Sequence record: MT708547.1
DNA: 64,000 nt
Direction: 5' to 3' (one strand)
Under the pieces are notes generated by a model. That model did no database searches, was not told where the DNA came from, and saw only the letters and a program-made list of their open reading frames with translations. Numbering within the stretch: the stretch's first letter is position 1; the number at the start of each line of letters is the position of its first letter. Shown here one piece after another: positions 35,339-45,823 of this stretch. The position numbers and the translations under genes are program-made.

Positions 35339-35544
35339 AAAAGATATCAGATTTGGTATATTATGAAATTTTTTATAAGTACTTTGACCGATTTACTAAT
35401 ACTATTCTGGATAAACCGTACAGAAAATATGAAATTGAATTATTGGCGTTTATTGGAACAGATCAACAACAACAATGTCAAGATGATTATATACTATCAT
35501 TGATTCGATACATGAGATTTTACCAAAATGATGAAGAATATTAA
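35335..35544 (+). CDS. LGTxxQ family
   Basis: EIELLAFIGTDQQ..DYI. Confidence 0.8.
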   Translation: MKKISDLVYYEIFYKYFDRFTNTILDKPYRKYEIELLAFIGTDQQQQCQDDYILSLIRYMRFYQNDEEY

Positions 35545-35722
35545 TATATTCGAAGCAGAAAAACTTCTAAACAAATATGAAAATGAATACAAATACAACC
35601 AATGTGATAAATTAAGAAAATCCGAAATTCATTTTTTTGCGTTACTTGGTACTAATTTTCAGGATAACGTTTATCATTTTTATTTCGGTAATTTACTTAA
35701 CAAAGCGAGAAATATAAATTAA
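35528..35722 (+). CDS. LGTxxQ family
   Basis: EIHFFALLGTNFQ. Confidence 0.8.
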   Translation: MMKNINIFEAEKLLNKYENEYKYNQCDKLRKSEIHFFALLGTNFQDNVYHFYFGNLLNKARNIN

Positions 35723-35723
35723 T

Positions 35724-35906
35724 ATGAAACAGATTACTTTATTGGATTTATCTACCAGAAGAATAGTTGCAAGAAGAACAATGACTGAATATAATGAACT
35801 TAGATATCATGAATTAAATTTGTTAGCATCACTTGGTACTAATTTTCAGGAAAATCATAATCAGATTTATATTACTGCCTTAAAAGATTCATTAAAGATA
35901 AAATAA
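35724..35906 (+). CDS. LGTxxQ family
   Basis: ELNLLASLGTNFQ..IYI. Confidence 0.8.
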   Translation: MKQITLLDLSTRRIVARRTMTEYNELRYHELNLLASLGTNFQENHNQIYITALKDSLKIK

Positions 35907-36032
35907 AAATAATTTTTAATTTAAACTTGACATTTGTTCATTTTGTGATATAGTATTAAAATGAAATTCAAGTACTTGATTTTGTACTGAAAATATTTTA
36001 TCAAATTAAATCTACTCATTGGGGTTAATAAA

Positions 36033-36242
36033 ATGAAATATACCGTTATTGGTATTTTGGGTTCAGATATTTGTAGTACTAACACCTCGCTGGAAGCAGT
36101 ACAAGTTGTATTGAAACAGATTCCATTGAGTGAAAAAAATTCAAAAAAGTTTGAAAATCGATTACAAAATGCAAAAGAAGGCTCCACGATTTATATTGAA
36201 TATGGTGGAGCTTCATGTGCTGTTAAAGTTCACAAGAATTAA
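36033..36242 (+). CDS. Hypothetical protein
   Basis: own promoter at ~35926. Confidence 0.7.
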   Translation: MKYTVIGILGSDICSTNTSLEAVQVVLKQIPLSEKNSKKFENRLQNAKEGSTIYIEYGGASCAVKVHKN

Positions 36243-36250
36243 GGGTTACT

Positions 36251-36523
36251 ATGAAATTAATTAAAAATATTTTATTCTTTTTTATTTTTAGTATATGTAT
36301 TACAAATAATGTATATGCCATACAAATGAATTGTGTCAATGTACAGGACAATAAATTTTGCACAAGTACAGATGAAAATGGTAATACAGTACGTACCAAC
36401 ATTTATCGTTTTGGTAATATAGAAACCATCGAATCATCCGGTACTGATTCTAATGGTAATACTTTTATCAACAAGTGTACTGTAATTAAAATGGATAATT
36501 ATAGTACTATTAATTGTAATTAA
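36251..36523 (+). CDS. Exported Cys-containing protein
   Basis: signal peptide ending VYA; TDENGNT/TDSNGNT repeat. Confidence 0.75.
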   Translation: MKLIKNILFFFIFSICITNNVYAIQMNCVNVQDNKFCTSTDENGNTVRTNIYRFGNIETIESSGTDSNGNTFINKCTVIKMDNYSTINCN

Positions 36524-36531
36524 GGTACACT

Positions 36532-36927
36532 ATGTCATTTATGAAAGATAAAGAATATGCTGACATAATAATTAAAATTATAAAACATTTAAAACAACAA
36601 AATTCTGATCTAGGAACTTCAAATTTTAATGAATATGCCAGCTTTGGATATTTGTGTTATAATTATAATGAACCAACATTGACGTATTTTTATGATAAAA
36701 AAGACAAAGATTTCGACAAGTTTTCAACTAAACTGGAAGTACTTTCATTTGATATCAGTACAGAAGAAGGTTATTTTCAGGCATCTTTTATGTATCCAGA
36801 TTCACAAATGAGAGTAATGTTTTTATTTACAGAATTGAAAAAGAATTTTAAAAATGATTCATTCGTTATTCCCATGAAGTTACTAAATGATTATTTAATA
36901 TATAAAGGTTATAACTGTTATGTCTGA
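36532..36927 (+). CDS. FQYST family
   Basis: DISTEEGYFQAS. Confidence 0.85.
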   Translation: MSFMKDKEYADIIIKIIKHLKQQNSDLGTSNFNEYASFGYLCYNYNEPTLTYFYDKKDKDFDKFSTKLEVLSFDISTEEGYFQASFMYPDSQMRVMFLFTELKKNFKNDSFVIPMKLLNDYLIYKGYNCYV

Positions 36928-37309
36928 ATTTGAAAAAATCATTAAACGTTGTGAAATGTATTTTTCTTTTATTACCAAAAATATAGAAAAAACAGAAAGA
37001 GAATATGTTTTAAAATGCGAATACAAAGATAATGGATTTATCTGTTATACACCAGAAAATAATGAATACTATTTTTATTTCCCAGATCCAGAATTTGGTT
37101 CTTCTGGTATAAAAACAGAAATACCAGATGATGTTCTAACCGAAGAAGGATATTTTCAGTACTCAACTATTTTTGATAATGAAAAATTATTCAGTATGGT
37201 GTTAATGAAATATTTTAAAGATAATTGTGATTTTAGATTTTCTGTAGAGGCTACTGATTGTCTTTTTGACTTCCTACAACGAACGGTATACAATGAAAAT
37301 ACTAACTGA
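36920..37309 (+). CDS. FQYST family
   Basis: TEEGYFQYSTIF. Confidence 0.85.
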   Translation: MSEFEKIIKRCEMYFSFITKNIEKTEREYVLKCEYKDNGFICYTPENNEYYFYFPDPEFGSSGIKTEIPDDVLTEEGYFQYSTIFDNEKLFSMVLMKYFKDNCDFRFSVEATDCLFDFLQRTVYNENTN

Positions 37310-37487
37310 GAGTGATTGCTACAGAATATGTTCTGAAGTATCTTTAAACTCAATCAATAAAAATAAAGCACAACGTGCAGAACTAATATTAGTAAGATTT
37401 ATGGGTACAAACTTTGAAGGAATTGCTTTGCATAATTATATGAATTGTTTAACGGAATATTGTAATGAGTTACATAATAGAAAGTAG
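37293..37487 (+). CDS. LGTxxQ family
   Basis: AELILVRFMGTNFE..NYM. Confidence 0.75.
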   Translation: MKILTESDCYRICSEVSLNSINKNKAQRAELILVRFMGTNFEGIALHNYMNCLTEYCNELHNRK

Positions 37488-37887
37488 TTATGAAAGAGAT
37501 ACTCTTATGTGTTCAGAAATAATGAGAATTCATGAACGATTTATTGGTCTTGATTCTTTGGTGTGGAGTTTCAGAGAGGATGCATATTTAATTTTCAGTC
37601 CAGGAACTAAAAATTATATACAATACCATCTTTCATCACAAGAACAAAAAGAGTTATTTTTTAAAGGATCTACAGTACCGAGTTCAATCGATCTGAGTTA
37701 TCCTCTTAAAGAAGACATTGATTTGTGTACAGAAGAAGGCTATTTTCAGGGTTCATTAATTCTTGACAAAAAATATTTAACAGTATATACTATTTTTCAG
37801 TTCCTTGATAAAAATTGTAATTCTGCGTTCTCTATTGATATGGTACCTTTTTTGAAGGGGTTTAGACGAAAATATGAAAATAGTTGA
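37465..37887 (+). CDS. FQYST family
   Basis: TEEGYFQGSL. Confidence 0.8.
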   Translation: MSYIIESSYERDTLMCSEIMRIHERFIGLDSLVWSFREDAYLIFSPGTKNYIQYHLSSQEQKELFFKGSTVPSSIDLSYPLKEDIDLCTEEGYFQGSLILDKKYLTVYTIFQFLDKNCNSAFSIDMVPFLKGFRRKYENS

Positions 37888-38269
37888 TTATGATTACCAA
37901 AGGGATCTAGCTATATCTAATATCATTTTGGAACTCTGTGAAGATGATCCTTATTATACTGTAGTTCGAGGGTATAGTAATAATGAATACAAAAGTGATG
38001 GGTTTTTGGTTTATTCCAATGGAACACCCGTAAATCAAATTCTTGTATTTCCAAGGTTCAATGAAATACTACAAAAGAACATGGTACCAAATAAACTTGT
38101 TAAATTAGTCCAAACTGATTTGTTGTCCGAAGAATCATATTTTCAACATAGTACTTTATATGATGCATTCGAATTGCATGTTATGTTTATTTTTCAATAC
38201 TTAATGAAATATAGTACACATTCAGTATCAATGCCAATGAGATCAATCTGGAATGAATATGAAAAATAG
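37874..38269 (+). CDS. FQYST family
   Basis: SEESYFQHSTLY. Confidence 0.8.
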   Translation: MKIVDYDYQRDLAISNIILELCEDDPYYTVVRGYSNNEYKSDGFLVYSNGTPVNQILVFPRFNEILQKNMVPNKLVKLVQTDLLSEESYFQHSTLYDAFELHVMFIFQYLMKYSTHSVSMPMRSIWNEYEK

Positions 38270-38786
38270 TTATATCTATGATGAAAAAGAAAACAAAGGT
38301 GAATTAATTCAACACATGACTATACAAAAATGTTTTGAATACGCTGATAAAGTAATTGATTTATATAATATCTTACATAATAAACCAAAAATCAAAATAC
38401 TCAATTTAGCTGAACTATCGTCGGATAAATCTTTTGAATACACAAGTAATGATAATTTAAATGATTTAGTTTATTCAGAAGATAATCATTATTTTATAGG
38501 TACTTCATTTATTGAGATTTATTCAGGAATACGATATATTCCAGAGAGTGTTCATAAAATATTAGGTATAACATCAGGTGGTGGAACATCCAACCTCATT
38601 GATATCGGTGATGTTATCATTGAAAACACGGAAGAGGATATCTTTCAGTACAGTACTGTTTATAGTGAACACGAATTAAAGCATTTGATTATTTTAAGTG
38701 CAATTAAAAAGAATAATTGTAGAGAGTTCTTTATGGATTTGAATTATTTGGAATTTTTATTAGATTATCATTATAACTTAAATTAA
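38253..38786 (+). CDS. FQYST family
   Basis: TEEDIFQYSTVY. Confidence 0.85.
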   Translation: MNMKNSYIYDEKENKGELIQHMTIQKCFEYADKVIDLYNILHNKPKIKILNLAELSSDKSFEYTSNDNLNDLVYSEDNHYFIGTSFIEIYSGIRYIPESVHKILGITSGGGTSNLIDIGDVIIENTEEDIFQYSTVYSEHELKHLIILSAIKKNNCREFFMDLNYLEFLLDYHYNLN

Positions 38787-38797
38787 AAAAACAAACT

Positions 38798-39319
38798 ATG
38801 AAATCAATTTACACTGAAAGTATTAAACTTATTAATGACATTGATGATTTCTTTAAATTTGTAAATTCAAATTCTTATTATGCACTTCATAATTTGAATA
38901 TACTAATTTTTGATCATCCAGGTTCGGTTATTTCTGCATTTGAACCAAAAAATTTTTATCAAATCTGTTTAATTAGAGATAATGTACAGGAATCAATTTT
39001 TAAGGTATCATTGAATACAAGATATGAATACTGGAATGAATCAAGAATGTTTTATTTCGACGCGAGCAGAAATAATTTTTCTATATGTGAAAAAACAAAA
39101 ATCCAAAATACTGTTGATATTTTGGAATATGATAACAATATAGAAGAGTTAGCATTCCAATACAGTACTGAAGTACGACTGGAATTTGTTCCTGTTTGTG
39201 TATTGGCTTCGTACTTAAAGAAGAATCACGACCCGAAATATCCATTATTTAAATTGATACTCAATGATGTTGATTTTTTATTAAAACGATTCAAGGAAAT
39301 AGAAGATTATGATTGGTAA
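38798..39319 (+). CDS. FQYST family
   Basis: EELAFQYSTE. Confidence 0.85.
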   Translation: MKSIYTESIKLINDIDDFFKFVNSNSYYALHNLNILIFDHPGSVISAFEPKNFYQICLIRDNVQESIFKVSLNTRYEYWNESRMFYFDASRNNFSICEKTKIQNTVDILEYDNNIEELAFQYSTEVRLEFVPVCVLASYLKKNHDPKYPLFKLILNDVDFLLKRFKEIEDYDW

Positions 39320-39800
39320 TTTAATCGATTTTAATTCGGTATTAAAATTCTCAGAGAATTTAATTAAAATTCACAAAGCATTTACTGATGGTTTCTTTTT
39401 GAAAGTACCGAACTTTTGTACTAAACTGGAAGTAGTACAAGGTGAGTATGAATATTCGGTTAATCAACCAATAAAATGTTCACAAATGTATACCAGTTTA
39501 ACTGAAGAATATATTATTGATATTAATGATATATATTTTATATCTTTTAATCCTGATTCAGTACTTGAGATATACATCAATGCCGTTAGATCAAAAGTAC
39601 TTAGTACAAAAGATGTAAATTCATTTGATATATCAGAAGAGGGTTACTTCCAGGGAAGCACGATTTATGAACCAGCAATGTTAAATTCTATTTTAATTGC
39701 ATCTGTTCTAAACCGAAGTGATTGTGGTAAATTTTATTTTGATTTAGATTATTACGATCTTTGTGTTGAGTATATGGAAAAATATAATTATGTTCAATGA
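39309..39800 (+). CDS. FQYST family
   Basis: DISEEGYFQGSTIY. Confidence 0.85.
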   Translation: MIGNLIDFNSVLKFSENLIKIHKAFTDGFFLKVPNFCTKLEVVQGEYEYSVNQPIKCSQMYTSLTEEYIIDINDIYFISFNPDSVLEIYINAVRSKVLSTKDVNSFDISEEGYFQGSTIYEPAMLNSILIASVLNRSDCGKFYFDLDYYDLCVEYMEKYNYVQ

Positions 39801-40281
39801 ACGTATCAGAACTGCACAAGAAATTATTCAAATTATAGTAGCAATAGAATCTACTGATAAAAAGTATGATGATTTCAAAAGTAATTTTACAGAAAAATAT
39901 GTTCAGGACTCGGATTTTATTCAGTACTATATTAAAGGTGAAGAAAATGTATTCTATGCAAATGAAACATATATTTGTGATTATGACAATTCTTCTAGAT
40001 TTAATTACATCTGTTTTATTCCAAAATCAAATATTATAGTATTTCGCCTTTGTGATGAATTCGAAACAATATATGAATATGAACTGTTTAAAGATTTTTC
40101 AGAAGAACTGGCATTTCAGTACAGTACATTGTACAATTATGATATAATTGAAATGATGATTATGTTCTGGTATTTTAACCAGATCTACAATGGCTCTTTT
40201 TATATTAATATGAATTTATTTGAAAAAGCCAAAAAAATATATGAGAGATATCATGACTTCGAATACAAATCCATTAATTGA
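39790..40281 (+). CDS. FQYST family
   Basis: SEELAFQYSTLY. Confidence 0.85.
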   Translation: MFNERIRTAQEIIQIIVAIESTDKKYDDFKSNFTEKYVQDSDFIQYYIKGEENVFYANETYICDYDNSSRFNYICFIPKSNIIVFRLCDEFETIYEYELFKDFSEELAFQYSTLYNYDIIEMMIMFWYFNQIYNGSFYINMNLFEKAKKIYERYHDFEYKSIN

Positions 40282-40843
40282 ACACGATAGTCAATTTTTT
40301 TACGAAAAAATAACTAATAGTATAGAATTATTAAAAAATATAGTCACTTATTTAAATCAAAATGATATGGAATATGTTGCTCATAAAACTGGCGATTTGT
40401 ATTTTTATATTACAAATGAAAACCCTCGTATTATGTCATTCCACACTGGTGAATATTCTTTTATGGATTTTTATACTAGTACAGAAAAGAAAGATGGTAG
40501 AAATTCAGTAGACATATTCAATAATAAAAAGAAAACGTGTATAGATTTTAATATACTACAAAATACTGATTCTTTTTTTCTCTCAGATTCCAGAAATGGT
40601 GCAGCGAATGTAATTGATGCGTCAAAAATAATCGAATTGCCTATAATTAAAGTTCAAACAGAAGAAGAAAGATTTCAGTACAGTACTGTGTATAACGATA
40701 TTGAATTACGTAGTATTGAATTGTATTATAAATTTATGAAAGAACAATTGTATTTTTACGTTACATTAGATGGTGTTGAAGAAATTCAAACTGTACTTCA
40801 AACAATACACAATGATTTACCAAAATATATAAGGAAAAAATAA
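40253..40843 (+). CDS. FQYST family
   Basis: TEEERFQYSTVY. Confidence 0.85.
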   Translation: MTSNTNPLIEHDSQFFYEKITNSIELLKNIVTYLNQNDMEYVAHKTGDLYFYITNENPRIMSFHTGEYSFMDFYTSTEKKDGRNSVDIFNNKKKTCIDFNILQNTDSFFLSDSRNGAANVIDASKIIELPIIKVQTEEERFQYSTVYNDIELRSIELYYKFMKEQLYFYVTLDGVEEIQTVLQTIHNDLPKYIRKK

Positions 40844-41340
40844 TGAATTGTGAATATAAAAAATCTAAACACATCGCGGATTCGTTGGTAAAATTAATCA
40901 AATCAATACTGAATGGTGCAATCGATGGACGACTAAACTATGATGACAGTGATGACATTATTAATGTTACATTAAAATCCAACAAAAAGAGTTATAGGAA
41001 TTTATTTTCTACTGGGTGGTATTATAGTGAGTACTTACTTGAAGACAACTCTTCAATGGGATATCCAGAAACCCATTATTTTGCTTTTGACCCAAATGAT
41101 AGTTCTCTTGTTGTTACTATTCGACAATGTAATGGTAAAAGAACAAGAGAGAAACTTAGTACAACTGGACTTAATATAGATACAGAAGAAGAGTGGTTCC
41201 AGTATAGTACTTTATATAATGATAATGAATTATTTTCTATTATGTTATGGTGTGCATTTAAGAAAGAAAACTTCCCATCATGTTTAGTCGAATTTTCAGA
41301 ATTTTTCAAATATTTGGAAGAAACAAATGCTATTATCTGA
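40843..41340 (+). CDS. FQYST family
   Basis: TEEEWFQYSTLY. Confidence 0.85.
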   Translation: MNCEYKKSKHIADSLVKLIKSILNGAIDGRLNYDDSDDIINVTLKSNKKSYRNLFSTGWYYSEYLLEDNSSMGYPETHYFAFDPNDSSLVVTIRQCNGKRTREKLSTTGLNIDTEEEWFQYSTLYNDNELFSIMLWCAFKKENFPSCLVEFSEFFKYLEETNAII

Positions 41341-41908
41341 TATCAAATCTTTTAGTACTGAACTGGATGTAATTAAAAATATCATTATTAAGATGATTGA
41401 AATTCACAGAACTAAAAGACGATATACGTCTTTTAGCGAAGAAGGTTTTGAACTTGAGCGTGGATTGTTTCATATTGATTTGATGATTAGTGATTATGAA
41501 TGTATTTTTAGTTTAAGAAACGATTCGTCTCAAATGAAAAATACTGGGATTGATTTATCCATTATTCCACATCATCAAATTATACTTGGTGGTTCTGGAA
41601 ACGTATACATTTCACCATTCGAATCTGGATTTAGTAGAAGTATAGCTTTACCAAAAAATGAAGGTAGTGAACCTTACATTTTAATTAACGATGATGCACT
41701 TGATGAATGGAAATTTCAGTTAAGTACATTATATGATCCAATAATCGTTGATATAATCAACCTAGAAGAAGAACTAAGAGAGCACTTAGCCTCTTTGGAG
41801 CACAACAATAATGTATATGCACCTTTGTTATTGGTTGTTGATTTAAAATGTTTAGAAAAGAAAAAACACGATTTGAATTCTATGCTTGAATTTTTAGAGA
41901 ACATATAA
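41327..41908 (+). CDS. FQYST family
   Basis: DEWKFQLSTLY. Confidence 0.85.
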   Translation: MLLSDIKSFSTELDVIKNIIIKMIEIHRTKRRYTSFSEEGFELERGLFHIDLMISDYECIFSLRNDSSQMKNTGIDLSIIPHHQIILGGSGNVYISPFESGFSRSIALPKNEGSEPYILINDDALDEWKFQLSTLYDPIIVDIINLEEELREHLASLEHNNNVYAPLLLVVDLKCLEKKKHDLNSMLEFLENI

Positions 41909-41911
41909 AAC

Positions 41912-42520
41912 ATGAAATTAGAATATTTCCCAAATTTAGAATACAAACATTGTATTGCTTATTCAATGTTTGTGGAAGATTTAATTAACGCATTACATGA
42001 TCCAGAAATACGAAGAGAATGTAAAATTATAAGAATAGAAAATGATAGATTTTATATCAACACTGGAATTAGAAAAATAGATCTGGATATATTAAGTGTA
42101 GATACAACCTCTACACCAACCTTGATTTCTTCCAGAGTTGGTAATTTCGAATTTTACTGGACTCACTGTTATGAATTCAATAAAGATTCTAAACATGATT
42201 TTATGATAGATGGTGATTTGTGCGAAAAAATTAAGTACAGTTATGACTATACAGAAGAAATGTTCTTTCAAAACAGCTTATTATACAAAAACTGTGATTT
42301 GTTTTATATTATATTATTCAATTATTTAAAATGTAATTTAAATCATTCATTCTGTATGGCATCTGCACCCATCCCTGAAGATTTTTTTAAATTAATTCCA
42401 AATTTACTTTACATTGCTACCGAAAAGGGGTATTATGGTGATCTGTTAGAGTTGATGAAAAATATTCATCCAAATAACAACGATAAAAGTTCATATCTAT
42501 CAGGATTTAGCAATCTATGA
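41912..42520 (+). CDS. FQYST family
   Basis: TEEMFFQNSLLY. Confidence 0.85.
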   Translation: MKLEYFPNLEYKHCIAYSMFVEDLINALHDPEIRRECKIIRIENDRFYINTGIRKIDLDILSVDTTSTPTLISSRVGNFEFYWTHCYEFNKDSKHDFMIDGDLCEKIKYSYDYTEEMFFQNSLLYKNCDLFYIILFNYLKCNLNHSFCMASAPIPEDFFKLIPNLLYIATEKGYYGDLLELMKNIHPNNNDKSSYLSGFSNL

Positions 42521-43080
42521 CATACGAAGAATACAAAAAGACAATACCAGTACTCGCTGAAATTGTTTCATTACTAAAAAATCATCTAAGTAAAAGAACC
42601 ATATACAACGATAGATTCTTCACCTTACCCAAATCCAATTTTTATATAAAACAAATCAATGATGCTGATATTGACATAAGAATTTCAAAAAATAGTGATT
42701 CTATTATTCGCGTTGCAAAAGAATCTCAGTGTTTTGATGGAGAGATTCCTATGTTACTTCGTCAGTTCGGTGATGTATATTGTTCATCCAGAAAACACCC
42801 AGGGTATATTAAAATATATTCAAGTGAAAGTGACATAGATTTACTTGATGTTGACTGCCCAGAAGAGCAATTATTTCAATATAGTACAATTCTTTCTGAT
42901 ATAGATCTTATCGTACTTGAACTTGAGTTAGAACTTCAAAAAGTACTTGACGAAAATGTTTACTGTGTAATTACATTATTCTATGATAATGATTACTATA
43001 GTGAATGTGCTTCATACAATGATTATGTAAATCTACGAGATGATTTAAAAGATGAAAAAAGAACATGGGAACATTATTAA
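42517..43080 (+). CDS. FQYST family
   Basis: EEQLFQYSTIL. Confidence 0.85.
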   Translation: MTYEEYKKTIPVLAEIVSLLKNHLSKRTIYNDRFFTLPKSNFYIKQINDADIDIRISKNSDSIIRVAKESQCFDGEIPMLLRQFGDVYCSSRKHPGYIKIYSSESDIDLLDVDCPEEQLFQYSTILSDIDLIVLELELELQKVLDENVYCVITLFYDNDYYSECASYNDYVNLRDDLKDEKRTWEHY

Positions 43081-43636
43081 TAACTTAAAAGTTATTAAAG
43101 AATTAAGCACTGCTATGATTTTGTTGTACAAAAATACAGACAAAATTAATGCTGATAATTATATTCTAAGTACTACCAGATTAAATCCATACGAAAATGG
43201 AACATTGTACTTGAGAACAAAAGCATCTCAAAATATCATTGGAATTATGAATGAATCAGTTTGCCTGGAAGAATATGCATACAAAGATGAAGAGGTACCT
43301 GGTAATTACAGGGTTATTATACGAGATTCGGCATTCTTCTTATGTAGTCCGATGAATCCATTTTTCAATAAAATATATGCTGATTTTAATTATACAAATG
43401 GTGTTGAAACTTTTCCTATTCCCAGTGAAGATACATGGGAAGAAGAGATGTTTCAACTATCATTAGTAGTACCAAATATGGTATGTTCCGAAGTACTGGA
43501 ATTATATAAAGAAATACACAATAATATTGAAAGTCATTTTTATATTTCATATGAATATGAAAATTATGATACCACATTATTAAAAGATGCATTAAATGAC
43601 GTTAAAAAATTTATCAAGCACTACATCAACAAATGA
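43052..43636 (+). CDS. FQYST family
   Basis: EEEMFQLSLV. Confidence 0.8.
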   Translation: MKKEHGNIINNLKVIKELSTAMILLYKNTDKINADNYILSTTRLNPYENGTLYLRTKASQNIIGIMNESVCLEEYAYKDEEVPGNYRVIIRDSAFFLCSPMNPFFNKIYADFNYTNGVETFPIPSEDTWEEEMFQLSLVVPNMVCSEVLELYKEIHNNIESHFYISYEYENYDTTLLKDALNDVKKFIKHYINK

Positions 43637-44174
43637 TACTGAAATGTACTTATTGTACAAAAATATTTTACTTGAATTAAAAAGATTATTGCATACTGAT
43701 AATGTACGCGATAATTATCTACATCAAGATATAAATGGTGAAATTTATTGTATAATTTCTGATGGTAAAATCGCATTATATGCTAATTCCGAAAATATAG
43801 CATTCACTTATGTTTTATTTGCTTATTCGTTTAATTCACCAAATTACGTATCAGAAAAATATAGAGTAGAATATGATTCATATGTATACTTTGATCGTGA
43901 TAATTCAACAAATGAATATATGATTAATCACGAAACAAATAATATCATCCAATTGATTAAAGAAAATGAGTTGAGTTCAGATGAATTAGAAAGTTTATTA
44001 TTCCAACACAATACATTGCATTCAGATGAAGATAAATTTTGTATTTGGATGGATTATTATATCAGAGATTACATTGAAGATAAACATTATTTCTGTGTAA
44101 ACTATAACAAATTAAATGAATTCAGTACTGATATATATGAAAATATTCTATTGGAATTAAAGAAATATGATTGA
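43596..44174 (+). CDS. FQYST family
   Basis: ESLLFQHNTL. Confidence 0.8.
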   Translation: MTLKNLSSTTSTNDTEMYLLYKNILLELKRLLHTDNVRDNYLHQDINGEIYCIISDGKIALYANSENIAFTYVLFAYSFNSPNYVSEKYRVEYDSYVYFDRDNSTNEYMINHETNNIIQLIKENELSSDELESLLFQHNTLHSDEDKFCIWMDYYIRDYIEDKHYFCVNYNKLNEFSTDIYENILLELKKYD

Positions 44175-44778
44175 ATTAAAATTTAAAATACAAGAACTAA
44201 AAGAACTGGTAATTCACTTAAAGAATGTAAATGATAAATTCCATCTCTCAGAAAATTTCATGATTTATATTCCAGGTACCGAATCAACACTCATTCACGA
44301 AATGTCAACAAAAGGGATATATTCCAATATTACATTGAAATCAAGAGATTACAAAACTAATATCTATTACAACACCATCTCTTTAATCAGGAGTTCAGAT
44401 CCCTCTGAAGAACGTATCAGGAAATCTAAAACAGTAGGTTCAATTTATAGTAGTTCATGTAATATATATTCTTTATCCGATAATACCAAAATGCAGATTG
44501 GTATATATGAAAACTATCATAGAAAGTGTGATACCAGTGAAAATGGAACTATTGAATTGCCTGATTATGTAAAAGATTCTGATGAATTTGAAGCATTATT
44601 ATTTCAATACAGTACAGAGAGTGATATTAAGTACAACAGATTATTAAAAATGCGTATCATAAAAGAAATATATGATGTACTTCAATATGAAGAAATATCA
44701 ATAGATGATACATTATTTGATTTGGATTCAAATGATTTGAAAACAATTATACAGGAATTGAAATTAAAATTATGCTAA
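44167..44778 (+). CDS. FQYST family
   Basis: EALLFQYSTE. Confidence 0.85.
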   Translation: MIELKFKIQELKELVIHLKNVNDKFHLSENFMIYIPGTESTLIHEMSTKGIYSNITLKSRDYKTNIYYNTISLIRSSDPSEERIRKSKTVGSIYSSSCNIYSLSDNTKMQIGIYENYHRKCDTSENGTIELPDYVKDSDEFEALLFQYSTESDIKYNRLLKMRIIKEIYDVLQYEEISIDDTLFDLDSNDLKTIIQELKLKLC

Positions 44779-45335
44779 CATTGTCCGAAATTCTGGAATA
44801 CGATAATAAAATTATCAATCTCTTGGGTGATATATCCTTTGAATTCAACAAAAAAGAAGATAAAAACACCAATAAAGCCACTATACTGAAAGTAAATGAT
44901 AGTGAATTAGTTGTATTAGAAAATAATCTTCATTTTTATTCTGTTGTACTTAAAGTGTATAATGGTATGTCAGAAACTCCGTGGTATATGGTGAAAAACA
45001 CAGATGATTATGATACATTTCGTGGTATTAAACCATTCATCAACGAGTATGGTATTTTTTGTACTGCAAATGATTACGATGTATTATATGATGAATACGA
45101 TCAATTCGGTACTGTTCATAACGTATTCACAGAAGAACAATATTCCTGTATAGAAAGTACTGCTTTTCAGTTAAGTACAGAGTTTGATTTACAAGTAGTA
45201 AGAGCATTAGCAATGCAAACCAATTTGTATTACAACAAAAGACACTATCAAATAATGTGTAATACAAAAATCCAGGATCATTTATATAATCCAAAATTAA
45301 TTTTAAATCTAGAAAAATATCTGGAAACACTATGA
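44772..45335 (+). CDS. FQYST family
   Basis: ESTAFQLSTE. Confidence 0.85.
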   Translation: MLTLSEILEYDNKIINLLGDISFEFNKKEDKNTNKATILKVNDSELVVLENNLHFYSVVLKVYNGMSETPWYMVKNTDDYDTFRGIKPFINEYGIFCTANDYDVLYDEYDQFGTVHNVFTEEQYSCIESTAFQLSTEFDLQVVRALAMQTNLYYNKRHYQIMCNTKIQDHLYNPKLILNLEKYLETL

Positions 45336-45823
45336 AAGAAATTATTGAATTAATAGAATTGATGCAGTCAAGTATAAGTTCATGTAAACTTGCAACCGGT
45401 GAACATAATTTGAATGCTGATTTTGATTTAGTAGTCAATAATCAAAAGAAATGTATTCACTTGATTAAAAAATCCAGTACTAAAGCAATCAAACATACAG
45501 CACTCATGATAGCTTCTTCACATCCTGCTAAAAAATATAATTCAAATATTGCTAATATAAGTTCACTGTACAAACCAGAAAGTACATCTTCATATATCAG
45601 TTCAATTAAAAGTGAATTGGATTTTCATAAATGCATGTTGGATTCTTATGAAGAATTAGAATTTCAGTACAGTACGATAATTGCACGAAGTGATATTTTT
45701 ATAATTCAATGCTTGTTATATTCAATTGATTTTAAAGATATTGTGTACATGACAAATGATTTTATGAAATATAATTATATTGAAATACTCAGATCATTAA
45801 AGGACAAATTATGCCAAAATTAG
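45332..45823 (+). CDS. FQYST family
   Basis: EELEFQYSTI. Confidence 0.85.
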   Translation: MKEIIELIELMQSSISSCKLATGEHNLNADFDLVVNNQKKCIHLIKKSSTKAIKHTALMIASSHPAKKYNSNIANISSLYKPESTSSYISSIKSELDFHKCMLDSYEELEFQYSTIIARSDIFIIQCLLYSIDFKDIVYMTNDFMKYNYIEILRSLKDKLCQN

